From: a virus
Direction: 5' to 3' (one strand)
DNA: 64,000 nt
Virus record (IMG/VR): IMGVR_UViG_3300021422_000208
Coordinates: 716-64,715 of that record
In this document: one piece after another, positions 1-8,898 of the stretch
How the letters are laid out: each line of letters starts with the position of its first letter
Numbering within the stretch: the stretch's first letter is position 1
Notes under the pieces: generated by a model
Told to the model about the DNA's origin: nothing
The model's input: the letters and a program-made list of their open reading frames with translations, nothing else
The model's database searches: none
Program-made: the position numbers and the translations under genes

Positions 1-357
1 GCTGCTAGAATGTCGAAAGGCATCGTAACTAAATTATTACAACTAATAGGCATTAAATCAACTGGGTTAATTTCTACCGCATTATCTGGTACTACGGGTA
101 TTGCAGTTTGGGCAGCATTGATGTCATATATCGCTTCGGAACACGGTTCTAAACTTATCAGTGAAGTTTTATTGAAGCCATTATTTGATGACATACCTCG
201 TAGCAGTTTGGCTTCATTGGCTGCGAACGCCGGTGCGACAATCGAATCTGAACTGCTTGATCTTATTAAAGGTGCTACTACTCAAAGTAATGCTACTCAA
301 AGTAATATAGTACCAGATACGACATCGTCTGGTACTACTGAACCACCGGTAGTTTAG
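1..357 (+). CDS. Hypothetical protein, probably the 3' part of a gene starting before the window
   Basis: The frame is open from base 1 (GCT GCT AGA ATG...). There is no RBS before ATG 10. It ends at a hairpin shared with the convergent ORF. Confidence 0.5.
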   Translation, partial: AARMSKGIVTKLLQLIGIKSTGLISTALSGTTGIAVWAALMSYIASEHGSKLISEVLLKPLFDDIPRSSLASLAANAGATIESELLDLIKGATTQSNATQSNIVPDTTSSGTTEPPVV

Positions 358-362
358 TATTA

Positions 363-400
363 ATTAACCCAGATAATTACAATTAAGTAGCTGGGTTAAT
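363..400. terminator. Hairpin between convergent genes
   Basis: ATTAACCCAG (363-372) / CTGGGTTAAT (391-400), 10-bp arms. Confidence 0.5.
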
Positions 401-404
401 CAGT

Positions 405-644
405 TTACAACAATGGCATTTGTGAAACTTTGGTTGTTTCTATATTATCTTTTATTATGCTATATAACAATTCACGATCTTCGTGACTATAACGATCAAA
501 CAAGTCATTGACACTTACTCCACCTCGCATATACCAACTAATTCTAAAAAATTCTTCTTTTAATTGTTTAACATTGTTACCAAGCCTAACAAGATATTCA
601 TGTATGTCATGTATTGATAATCCAATTAGGCTTTGGCGAAAAAA
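405..644 (-). CDS. gp51-like baseplate hub/tail assembly ORF lacking an ATG; probable -1 frameshift extension of the gp26-like gene
   Basis: Not in the ORF track. It reads FFRQSLIGLSIHDIHEYLVRLGNNVKQLKEEFFRISWYMRGGVSVNDLFDRYSHEDRELLYSIIKDNIETTKVSQMPLL*. It opens exactly at TTTTTTC (644-638), directly after an in-frame TAA. Confidence 0.7.
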   Translation of the reverse strand, partial: FFRQSLIGLSIHDIHEYLVRLGNNVKQLKEEFFRISWYMRGGVSVNDLFDRYSHEDRELLYSIIKDNIETTKVSQMPLL

Positions 645-1450
645 TTAGAATAATCTAAATCAACAGTTAATGATGCTTCAACTCCGCATTCACACATTAC
701 TTTATATGGCGGGATTGTCCATTGCGTCTTTGTTTTATCAATCTGCCCCTTAATAGCAGCAATGACATCTTTGTCACAGTTGCTAATCCATTCAGTGATA
801 TGTTCACGTTCCGTTACTGTACTTTCTGGTGTTTGAACTGAATCAACTGTTGTCACATATAATTCATTTTGAATAATTGACAAATCCAGCCATAATTTAG
901 TTATTGCTGTTTGTTGCTCTTCTTGTGATGCCAATTTTTCAACTTGTGATAATTTCTGTTGGAGTTCAAAATTTCTAATATTAAAACCAGTAAACTGCTT
1001 GTATGATAATGGCTTAGTTTTAATAGTCAATTTGCCCAATTTTATTGTATTGTCATATTTACATGCTGTAAAATGATCAATTATTACATTCAAATCTAAC
1101 GCGTAATCATTAAATGTATCACATGCCGTACATTTGTTAGTTACGTCCATAGTATTGCCATATGTGGCAATTTTGATGGCAGCAAATGTCATTTCGCTAT
1201 CGAGAACTGAAAGATCCCACGCATCCGTGATATTTGGGCAACAACTTTCAATAACTCGGACTGAGCTTTCACCTGACAACAGTGCGTCTGGGGTGCTCAT
1301 TATAATTTCATCCATACCAGTCATGCCATATACTGGTAGTTTGGTAACTTCTCCATTAATCGTTGAAGGCATATTGTACATGCCTTTACTAGGTAGATTT
1401 ATGTAAATCTTTGGTTGTCTAAAGTATTGTTGTAATGGGTTTGTTGACAT
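626..1450 (-). CDS. gp26: T4 gp26-like baseplate hub subunit / assembly chaperone
   Basis: Starts MSTNPLQQYFRQPKIYINLPSKG, with MTGMDEI..TPDALLSG and CxxC-like pairs, and ends ..DYSNFF. Divergent from the tape measure gene. Start moved from 1528 to ATG 1450. Confidence 0.75.
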   Translation of the reverse strand: MSTNPLQQYFRQPKIYINLPSKGMYNMPSTINGEVTKLPVYGMTGMDEIIMSTPDALLSGESSVRVIESCCPNITDAWDLSVLDSEMTFAAIKIATYGNTMDVTNKCTACDTFNDYALDLNVIIDHFTACKYDNTIKLGKLTIKTKPLSYKQFTGFNIRNFELQQKLSQVEKLASQEEQQTAITKLWLDLSIIQNELYVTTVDSVQTPESTVTEREHITEWISNCDKDVIAAIKGQIDKTKTQWTIPPYKVMCECGVEASLTVDLDYSNFFAKA

Positions 1451-1503
1451 AATTCTCTTCCAGATGATGATTTGGTGTGTGGATTTAGGTGACTTATTTC
1501 TCC

Positions 1504-1521
1504 TAAATATAGTAGTATTTA
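1504..1521. promoter_or_regulatory. Divergent pair of T4-type late promoters (TAAATA)
   Basis: TAAATA on + at 1504-1509 and on - at 1521-1516, between the divergent gp26-like and tape measure starts. Confidence 0.6.
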
Positions 1522-1547
1522 TATTCACATTTTACTGGAACTTTTTT

Positions 1548-4500
1548 ATGGACAACACTGACATTGAAAACCTTGGCAAAATAATAGCCGCATCACTAAC
1601 ATCAAAACTTGGCATCGGCAATTCGACGGCGCCAGCTGCTTCCGCACCAGCCTCCACGAGTGCAGCAACCGATGATTATCTAGCCAGTATAGGCAAGCTC
1701 ATATCTTCGGCTAAGGAATTAGGACAGGAATATATTCCACTAGCAGCTGGTATGTTGAATTTTGCAAATTCAACAACTGCGGCATCAAATTCCCTTCAGG
1801 CATTAAATCTCACTAACAACAAGGCTATTGCATCTATCACGAAGTCTTTGGAAACTAGCCGTGCGCAACTTAATGAGGCTGGTAAAGTTGGTATTGGTGG
1901 TGGTAGTCCATCTGCGTTAGGTTTAGAAGCAGCGAAATCTGGATTGACCATTGCTGAATTCACAAAAACTATAGCGGATTCGAATGGGGCATTGGCTGGA
2001 CTTGGTCGAACTGCCAAGGTTGCTGTAGAAAACTACTCAGATATTACCAGTCGAGTTTTAGAATCGACTGCCGGTAAACAATTAATTGCCTCCGGTATGC
2101 AAACTGCCGAAATGGCTAAGTTAACTGCCATTGTTAGTATGAGCACCAAAGTCAATGCGAGTGACATAAAAGGGCGTGAACAATTGGCAGCATCAACGCT
2201 GTCATTGGCAACCCAACTCGATGAAACCGCCAGACTTACTGGCCTTAATCGAGAAACAATGGCAAATGAGATTGCGGAACGGAATAAAACCGCCGAAAGC
2301 ATTGCTTGGCAGCGTACACTATCAGTAGACCAGCGAACTGCTTACACAGAGATGCAAGGCACCCTTGCGGACTTGGGTGACGAGGTAGGTAATGCCATGT
2401 TAAATGTAGTAGCAGGCGCTCGAATGACTGATTCGACCATAGCTACCAAGATTGCGCTGGGTGAAAGCTGGACCGAACTTGAAGCAGCAATGGTTCAACG
2501 GAAGAATGCCGTCGGGGAAGCGGAGATTGCAGCTGCTAAGGACAGGTTGGAACAGGCACGGATTGGCGCATTAGAATACCAAAAGACGAGTCAATTCCAA
2601 AACCAAACCCTGTACAATACCTCCGAGATCGGTACCAAGAGTTTAAAAATTGCAAAAGACAGCGATGCAGCATTCAACGCCTTACAAAGCGGTGCCAAGG
2701 AACTTAAAAAACCATCCGAGGTAAAAACAGAAGTACAGCAGAATCAATTAGGCTTGGATGCATCTGGTAAGCCGTTGGCCGGTGCGGCGGTTATGACTGA
2801 AATTAATAAAGGATTCGAAGGGATTCGACTGGCTGCGGTCGGTGGTGCAGGTGCGGTTGATAAACTCAACAATACACTAAGTGCCACTCCTGCAGTGGTT
2901 AACTCAGTGACTGAATCCTTTAAAATGTTAGGTAATTTTAATAAAACTAGTGCACAATATACTGATGAAATGGCGGCAATGCCTAAGAAAGTGGCTAGTG
3001 TACTCAGTGGATTAGTAACACCTGGTGCCACAGTTGCTCCTATCAGTGGCCCTGCTACTGCTACTCCTTCGTCTGCCTACATCGATGTAGGCAGACGATT
3101 GGATGAGCAAGTGGCACTTAATCCAAATCCACATCCACTTAAACGCAAAGAAGGTTCGCTAGGTGCTACTGGTTCGATGATTGAAGATTTTGGTACCGAA
3201 ACCCCTGCGCTATTGCATGGAAAAGAGGGGGTTATTACTGAGAATCAATTTAACGATATAAAATCACAATTTAAATTATTACAGGCAAATGTTCGTGAAG
3301 TTCCAGCTCATGCTAATAAAGTTGGAAATAGTGGATTTACTGATTTTGAAAAACCGTCCAATGAACTTCAAAATCAAACAAAAGCAATCGAAAGCAATGC
3401 CGATCGTGATATATTTGGCGATGCCACTAAGCAATTATCATCATTGTTTACCAATAATGAAAAATCCATTAAGGATCAATTAGGTAATTTTCAAAATCAA
3501 ACAAAAGCAATCGAAAGCAATGCCGATCGTGATATATTTGGCGATGCCACTAAGCAATTATCATCATTGTTTACCAATAATGAAAAATCCATTAAGGATC
3601 AATTAGGTAATTTTCAAAATCAAACAAAAGCAATCGAAAGCAATGCCGATCGTGATATATTTGGCGATGCCACTAAGCAATTATCATCATTGTTTACCAA
3701 TAATGAAAAATCCATTAAGGATCAATTAGGTAATTTTCAAAATCAAACAAAAGCAATCGAAAGCAATGCCGATCGTGATATATTTGGTACCAGTAATGAC
3801 TTTTTAGAAACTGCTGGTGAAAAAATAACGACTATTTTTTCCAATACTGATAAATTAGCCAAGGAGCAATTGGGTGTATTCAATAACCAAGTAAAAGACC
3901 TCGGTGGAAAAAAAGAGCATGGTATATTTGAAGAAATAACTAAGCAAATTTCGTCGATTTCATCGATATTCCTAGATGAAAAGAAGACAAATCAGGATCA
4001 ATTAGCCGGGGTAAAAGTTCAAGTAAAAGACCTCGGTGGAAAAAAAGAGCAACCGTATAATCCAGGAAATGTTAAGTACCAATTGAAACCTGAGACTTAC
4101 AATGAAAAACCAATAGGTGGGTCATCTGGTCATGGACACGTTGAATTGGGTCCTCGTTACCGACATGAAGAACGTGATCCAGTCGTTAGTGGCATTAGTA
4201 AGTTAGATCAGGAATTGAGAAAATTAACAAATATGGCGTCAAATACTGATAATATCAGTAAACAGGCATCTGAATATTTATCGAAAATTAACATCAAGTA
4301 TACTGACACGAAGGTTGGGAATGCGCCGGTAATTAACAAAATTCCCGAGGTTGGCCGAATTGAGAGTAAAATACCAACCAGGGACGTAATGGCACCGCAT
4401 GTTCCATCTGACGAATATAAAAATAAGCCAGTAGTAAGTAAAGAACCTCCGGTTATTTCCCCAATTGCGCCAGTTGGGGAAATAACTATAAAAGATTTAC

Positions 4501-4622
4501 ATACCGCACTGATTAACTTAAATACCAACATGATGCGCATGGTGAGTTATACTGAATCAATTAGTGAATCTAGTCACAAAACGGCTAGACATACTAGGGA
4601 ATCAACTGGCTTACGAATGTAA
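1548..4622 (+). CDS. Tape measure protein
   Basis: Long Ala/Leu/Thr-rich helical protein (~1024 aa from MDNTDIEN at 1548), next to the hub gene and upstream of portal, with internal tandem repeats. Confidence 0.7.
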   Translation: MDNTDIENLGKIIAASLTSKLGIGNSTAPAASAPASTSAATDDYLASIGKLISSAKELGQEYIPLAAGMLNFANSTTAASNSLQALNLTNNKAIASITKSLETSRAQLNEAGKVGIGGGSPSALGLEAAKSGLTIAEFTKTIADSNGALAGLGRTAKVAVENYSDITSRVLESTAGKQLIASGMQTAEMAKLTAIVSMSTKVNASDIKGREQLAASTLSLATQLDETARLTGLNRETMANEIAERNKTAESIAWQRTLSVDQRTAYTEMQGTLADLGDEVGNAMLNVVAGARMTDSTIATKIALGESWTELEAAMVQRKNAVGEAEIAAAKDRLEQARIGALEYQKTSQFQNQTLYNTSEIGTKSLKIAKDSDAAFNALQSGAKELKKPSEVKTEVQQNQLGLDASGKPLAGAAVMTEINKGFEGIRLAAVGGAGAVDKLNNTLSATPAVVNSVTESFKMLGNFNKTSAQYTDEMAAMPKKVASVLSGLVTPGATVAPISGPATATPSSAYIDVGRRLDEQVALNPNPHPLKRKEGSLGATGSMIEDFGTETPALLHGKEGVITENQFNDIKSQFKLLQANVREVPAHANKVGNSGFTDFEKPSNELQNQTKAIESNADRDIFGDATKQLSSLFTNNEKSIKDQLGNFQNQTKAIESNADRDIFGDATKQLSSLFTNNEKSIKDQLGNFQNQTKAIESNADRDIFGDATKQLSSLFTNNEKSIKDQLGNFQNQTKAIESNADRDIFGTSNDFLETAGEKITTIFSNTDKLAKEQLGVFNNQVKDLGGKKEHGIFEEITKQISSISSIFLDEKKTNQDQLAGVKVQVKDLGGKKEQPYNPGNVKYQLKPETYNEKPIGGSSGHGHVELGPRYRHEERDPVVSGISKLDQELRKLTNMASNTDNISKQASEYLSKINIKYTDTKVGNAPVINKIPEVGRIESKIPTRDVMAPHVPSDEYKNKPVVSKEPPVISPIAPVGEITIKDLHTALINLNTNMMRMVSYTESISESSHKTARHTRESTGLRM
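3367..3787 (+). repeat. Perfect in-frame 123-bp tandem repeat, ~3.4 copies (41 aa FQNQTKAIESNADRDIFGDATKQLSSLFTNNEKSIKDQLGN)
   Basis: Copies start at 3367, 3490, 3613 and 3736 and are identical at nucleotide level. Confidence 0.95.
3888..4051 (+). repeat. 32-bp direct repeat CAAGTAAAAGACCTCGGTGGAAAAAAAGAGCA
   Basis: Copies at 3888-3919 and 4020-4051, in frame (132 nt apart). Confidence 0.9.
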
Positions 4623-4650
4623 AAATTAATACATTTAATGGAGAACTAAT

Positions 4651-7600
4651 ATGAGTTGGCGGAAATATTTTACCCCAGTTGACACTGAACTAAGTCCTAT
4701 TTCTGGACTTAGTAATTTGACCAAAGCAGGTCCAGCTAGAACTAACTATTCCAGCTATCTACCTGATGTGTACACGGGTAGTCCCAACCGAGTGGAACGG
4801 TACCAGCAGTATGAAGTTATGGATAGTGATCCAGAAGTAAATGCTGCCCTTGACATTCTAGCAGAATTTTGTACACAAAAATTAAAGGATGGAAAAAGCC
4901 CCTTTACTGTGAAATGGAGAAGCAAAGCTACGAATTCTGAAATTCGTATTCTGGGTGAATATCTACAGCAATGGAATAAATTGCAACAATTTGATACTCG
5001 TATTTTCCGTGTAATTCGTAATGTTTACAAATACGGTGATGCTTTTTTCATCAGAGATCCAGAAACACAAAAATTAAGTTGGGTTGACCCCAGTAAGATT
5101 GTTAAAATTATTGTCAACGAAAGTGATGGTAAAAAACCTGAACAATATATCATAAAAGATCTAGCGCCAAATTTTGAAAATTTAGTGGTAACACAAATTA
5201 CACCTAATATTAATTCAAGGCAAGCAGGTGGCGGCATGACTTCCGGTGCTGGTGCCTTGGGTTCACAAAGTGCACAACGAGGTGCGTCAGGTCCATACCC
5301 AAGTAGCAGTACTGGTAGTAGATTTGGATTGGCTGAAACTGAACATGCCATAGATGCAGCGCATGTTGTCCATATATCATTATCCGAAGGTCTCGATAAC
5401 AATTATCCATTTGGCAATAGTTTATTGGAAAATGTCTTTAAGGTTTATAAACAAAAAGAATTGCTTGAAGATGCTGTATTGATATATCGCATTCAACGGG
5501 CACCTGAGCGTAGAGTATTCCACATAGACACTGGTAATATGCCTAGTCATATGGCAATGGCATTTGTTGAACGTGTCAAGAATGAAATACATCAACGAAG
5601 AATACCTAGCCAATCCGGCGGTGGATGTTTTGAAATGAGCACTCGAATTCCATTGTTGGATGGCAGGATACTTTCAATTTCAGAATTGGCACTTGAATAC
5701 TCAGCCGGTAAGGAAAACTGGGCATATAGTTGTGATCCAATTAATCTGACAATTGTTCCTGGTATAATTTCATGGGCGGGTATAACACAACAATCCGCAC
5801 AGGTAATTGAGCTTATTCTTAGTAATGGGTCAATCATTGTGTGTACACCTGAACATAAATTTCCAACAGTTAATCGCGGTGAAGTCGTGGCATCTGAATT
5901 AATTTTACACGATGATAGTTTAATTGGCTTTAATGGTGAATTAAATCCACTTGGTAACGACACAATACATACAGTCGTATCTAGTCGCATATTAGATGAC
6001 TTAATTGAAGTTGGTACGTTAACTATCGATGGTGATGAAAAACAACATGCACATCATACATTTGCGATAGAACAAGGTGTCTATACATATAATTCAAATG
6101 TCATTGATTCCGCCTATAATCCACTCTGCTTAGACCTGTTAACCGAGATCCCATTACTAGATGGTAGAATTTTGACATTATCTGAATTAATATCTGAATT
6201 TGAAGCAGGCAAGGAGAACTGGGCATATAGTTGCGAACCTACAACTGGTAAAGTTGTACCAGGAATCATTAATTGGGCAGGCGTTACTCGTAAAAATGCG
6301 GACGTTATTAAGATAACATTCGATAATGGTAAGACTTTAACCTGCACACCTGATCATAAAATACCTGTATTTGACAAGGGTTTTGTTGAAGCAAGTGAAT
6401 TGACCATTGATGATGTTTTAATGTCATTTAATACTAGGTTGGAGTCAGTTAATGCTTCGCAATTGCAGCAGGTATGGGATCACGAAGCTAAATCTTGGGT
6501 ATGGACACGTCAATTAGTTGGCGATTTTTTCAAAGCCATTAGTAAACACCAGGAATTTACTTACCTGGAAGAAAATATAAATGCTGTCAAAACTGTAATT
6601 CATAACAAAGACGGTGATATATCCAATAATGACCCACGTAATTTATCATACATGAATAAAAAAGATCATATTTCGTATTTTAATGAGCAATTTGATTTTG
6701 ATGTCACCGGCGATATTGAATATTTGGAAGAGAACATTTTACCAATCGGGAAATCTGTCAGTAACATTAGGATCGCTAGTATTGAAAAAGTTCAATGTAT
6801 GGATGTTGGTACAATTACAATTGATGGCACTGGTAGATGGCATTCATATCATACATTTGCTATTAATAGTGGTATTTTTGTCAAAAATTCAATAAATGAA
6901 GATTATTTTTTCCCAATGACTGCCGATGGTCGTGGTAGCAAGGTAGATGTGTTACCGGGTGGATGTTTCGCGATGGACACTCAAGTATCATTACTAGATG
7001 GCCGTGAATTATCCATTACCGATATTGGGCATGAATTAAAATCTGGAAAAGAATTATGGACATACTCATGCCACCCAACGACCGGTGCTATTGTACCTGG
7101 GTTAATTAGTTGGGCAGGGGTTACACAAGCATCAGCCAAGGTTATGAAAATAACACTTGATAACGGCGAGGCTATTATATGTACCCCATGTCATAAATTT
7201 CCGCAGTATGCAAATGAATATAAACGCGCAGGGAATTTTGCGGTAGGTGATAGTCTTATTCCGATGTATCGGAAACATGAAACATTATCCAATGATAGTA
7301 ATCACGAATATGAACAAATATTCGATAACGCAACAAATAATTGGGTATTTACCCACATGATGGTGGCTGAAAATCTCAAAGATACCAGAATTAGTTATAA
7401 TATACACAATACCAATGTCCGTGAAGTCGGTACTGTTAAATTTAAAAAATTAGCAGATACAACGATCCTATCGAAAAATGGAATCGGTGATAGCCGCATG
7501 AAATATTGGTCTGGTAAACATCGTAAAAGTCGAATTAATTTATCAGCTTCACAATCAAAGATAGTTTGGTCAGATAAATTGGGGTCGTTAAAATGTAAAT

Positions 7601-8637
7601 CACCACGTCCAGTCGAGTATTCTCATGCTATACTACTGGCAGTTATTGATATGATCAAAGATACAACCGCTCATAGTTTTACCTGCAATGATGTCATCAA
7701 TGAATTAAATAACAGACCAGAACTATTGGCAAAATTGCGTGAATTAAATAAATTTTCACAAACTAATAATTGGTCAATCAATGATGGATTCACTGCGGTT
7801 GGGATAGTCGATATGATCACTCAATTTGGGTATGACAATTGGACTGATTTTAGAAATAAAGAAAGTACACATAATCATCGGATAATTGCAATTGAACATT
7901 TAGATGAAGAAATTGAAGTTGGTACATTAACTATTGATTTTGATGAAGAATTTCATAATTACCATACATTTGCGTTGTCAGCTGGTGTTATGACTTTCAA
8001 CAGTAACCTCGGCGAAATTGATGATTTAAAATATTTTACTAATAAATTATTCCGTGGTTTACGAATTCCTAGTAGTTATTTACCAACCGGTGCAGATGAT
8101 AGCCAAGCCAGTTTCAATGATGGACGGGTCGGGACTGCTTATATTCAAGAATTGCGGTTTAATAAATATTGTGAACGATTGCAATGGTTGATGACATCAG
8201 TATTTGATGATGAATTTAAACTATACATGAATTCACGTGGTGTGAATATTGATGCTAATTTATTTGAGTTAAACTTCAATCCACCCATGAATTTCGCGAG
8301 TACTAGACAGAGTTCATTGGATAGTGAACGCATTAATACATTTTCAACTATTCAAGCGATTCCATTTATGAGTAATCGATTTGCTTTAAAACGATTTTTA
8401 GGATTAACTGATGATGAAGTTGCTGAAAATGAACAATTATGGGCGGAGGAAAATGGTAAAGGTCAAGCAACCCATACTGATGCCGCCGGTGAATTGCGTA
8501 GTGCTGGATTATCCGCAGCCGGTATAGCTGGTGATTTGGACATGGCCACTGATATGTCTGCCCCAGATGATATGGAAGGGGATATAACTGGTGAATCAGG
8601 GGCAGCGCCAGCGCCAGTAATTCCACCGATGACATAA
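4651..8637 (+). CDS. gp20: Portal protein (gp20-like) precursor containing three inteins; predicted spliced product 572 aa
   Basis: Portal motifs LEDAVLIYRIQRAPERRVFHIDTGNMP, SINEDYFFP..GRGSKVDVLPGG, NLGEIDDLKYFTNKLFRGLRIPSS. First gene of the head cluster. Confidence 0.92.
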   Translation: MSWRKYFTPVDTELSPISGLSNLTKAGPARTNYSSYLPDVYTGSPNRVERYQQYEVMDSDPEVNAALDILAEFCTQKLKDGKSPFTVKWRSKATNSEIRILGEYLQQWNKLQQFDTRIFRVIRNVYKYGDAFFIRDPETQKLSWVDPSKIVKIIVNESDGKKPEQYIIKDLAPNFENLVVTQITPNINSRQAGGGMTSGAGALGSQSAQRGASGPYPSSSTGSRFGLAETEHAIDAAHVVHISLSEGLDNNYPFGNSLLENVFKVYKQKELLEDAVLIYRIQRAPERRVFHIDTGNMPSHMAMAFVERVKNEIHQRRIPSQSGGGCFEMSTRIPLLDGRILSISELALEYSAGKENWAYSCDPINLTIVPGIISWAGITQQSAQVIELILSNGSIIVCTPEHKFPTVNRGEVVASELILHDDSLIGFNGELNPLGNDTIHTVVSSRILDDLIEVGTLTIDGDEKQHAHHTFAIEQGVYTYNSNVIDSAYNPLCLDLLTEIPLLDGRILTLSELISEFEAGKENWAYSCEPTTGKVVPGIINWAGVTRKNADVIKITFDNGKTLTCTPDHKIPVFDKGFVEASELTIDDVLMSFNTRLESVNASQLQQVWDHEAKSWVWTRQLVGDFFKAISKHQEFTYLEENINAVKTVIHNKDGDISNNDPRNLSYMNKKDHISYFNEQFDFDVTGDIEYLEENILPIGKSVSNIRIASIEKVQCMDVGTITIDGTGRWHSYHTFAINSGIFVKNSINEDYFFPMTADGRGSKVDVLPGGCFAMDTQVSLLDGRELSITDIGHELKSGKELWTYSCHPTTGAIVPGLISWAGVTQASAKVMKITLDNGEAIICTPCHKFPQYANEYKRAGNFAVGDSLIPMYRKHETLSNDSNHEYEQIFDNATNNWVFTHMMVAENLKDTRISYNIHNTNVREVGTVKFKKLADTTILSKNGIGDSRMKYWSGKHRKSRINLSASQSKIVWSDKLGSLKCKSPRPVEYSHAILLAVIDMIKDTTAHSFTCNDVINELNNRPELLAKLRELNKFSQTNNWSINDGFTAVGIVDMITQFGYDNWTDFRNKESTHNHRIIAIEHLDEEIEVGTLTIDFDEEFHNYHTFALSAGVMTFNSNLGEIDDLKYFTNKLFRGLRIPSSYLPTGADDSQASFNDGRVGTAYIQELRFNKYCERLQWLMTSVFDDEFKLYMNSRGVNIDANLFELNFNPPMNFASTRQSSLDSERINTFSTIQAIPFMSNRFALKRFLGLTDDEVAENEQLWAEENGKGQATHTDAAGELRSAGLSAAGIAGDLDMATDMSAPDDMEGDITGESGAAPAPVIPPMT
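5626..6093 (+). mobile_element. Intein 1 (mini-intein, 156 aa)
   Basis: Begins CFEMSTRIPLLDGR after GGG, has block B CTPEHKF, ends HHTFAIEQGVYTYN followed by Ser. Confidence 0.9.
6127..6888 (+). mobile_element. Intein 2 (254 aa) with a degenerate HNH-like insert
   Basis: Begins CLDLLTEIPLLDGR, block B CTPDHKI, insert VIHNKDGDISNNDPRNLSYMNKKDH, ends YHTFAINSGIFVKN followed by Ser. Confidence 0.9.
6964..8001 (+). mobile_element. Intein 3 (346 aa) with a basic, probably decayed endonuclease insert
   Basis: Begins CFAMDTQVSLLDGR, block B CTPCHKF, ends YHTFALSAGVMTFN followed by Ser. Confidence 0.9.
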
Positions 8638-8644
8638 ATACATT

Positions 8645-8881
8645 ATGATTTTACGAGAACTATTTTATATTGACCCAGATACTAGGAAGGTAGCTAACGA
8701 CATGCGGTATAATCCCGAGCGTGATGTGACTACTATGCATCGAAATGATACTAGGAAAACACGACTTACATTAAGGCAACTTAATGAACTGCGTAAGGGT
8801 AGTGAAGCACACATTGTGGAACAAGAGGGTGAGCTAGAATTTATCCATGCAATGTACGCAAACCCAGCGGCGCCTGTCTAA
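8645..8881 (+). CDS. Small head-cluster protein (possible prohead core component)
   Basis: 78-aa ORF between portal and the acidic core gene, with late promoter TAAATA at 8635-8640. Confidence 0.65.
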   Translation: MILRELFYIDPDTRKVANDMRYNPERDVTTMHRNDTRKTRLTLRQLNELRKGSEAHIVEQEGELEFIHAMYANPAAPV

Positions 8882-8898
8882 ATACTAGAATACTTGGT

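Noticed and set aside
1464-1547. ORF-track starts at 1528(-), 1464, 8934, 13304(-), 29271, 43767, 53903(-), 61547 and 63404
   Set aside because: Downstream ATGs have the RBS, late promoter or stop-start coupling, so the upstream extensions overlap other genes or promoters.
3367-3787. 123-bp repeats as CRISPR or a mobile element
   Set aside because: They are in-frame coding repeats without unique spacers.
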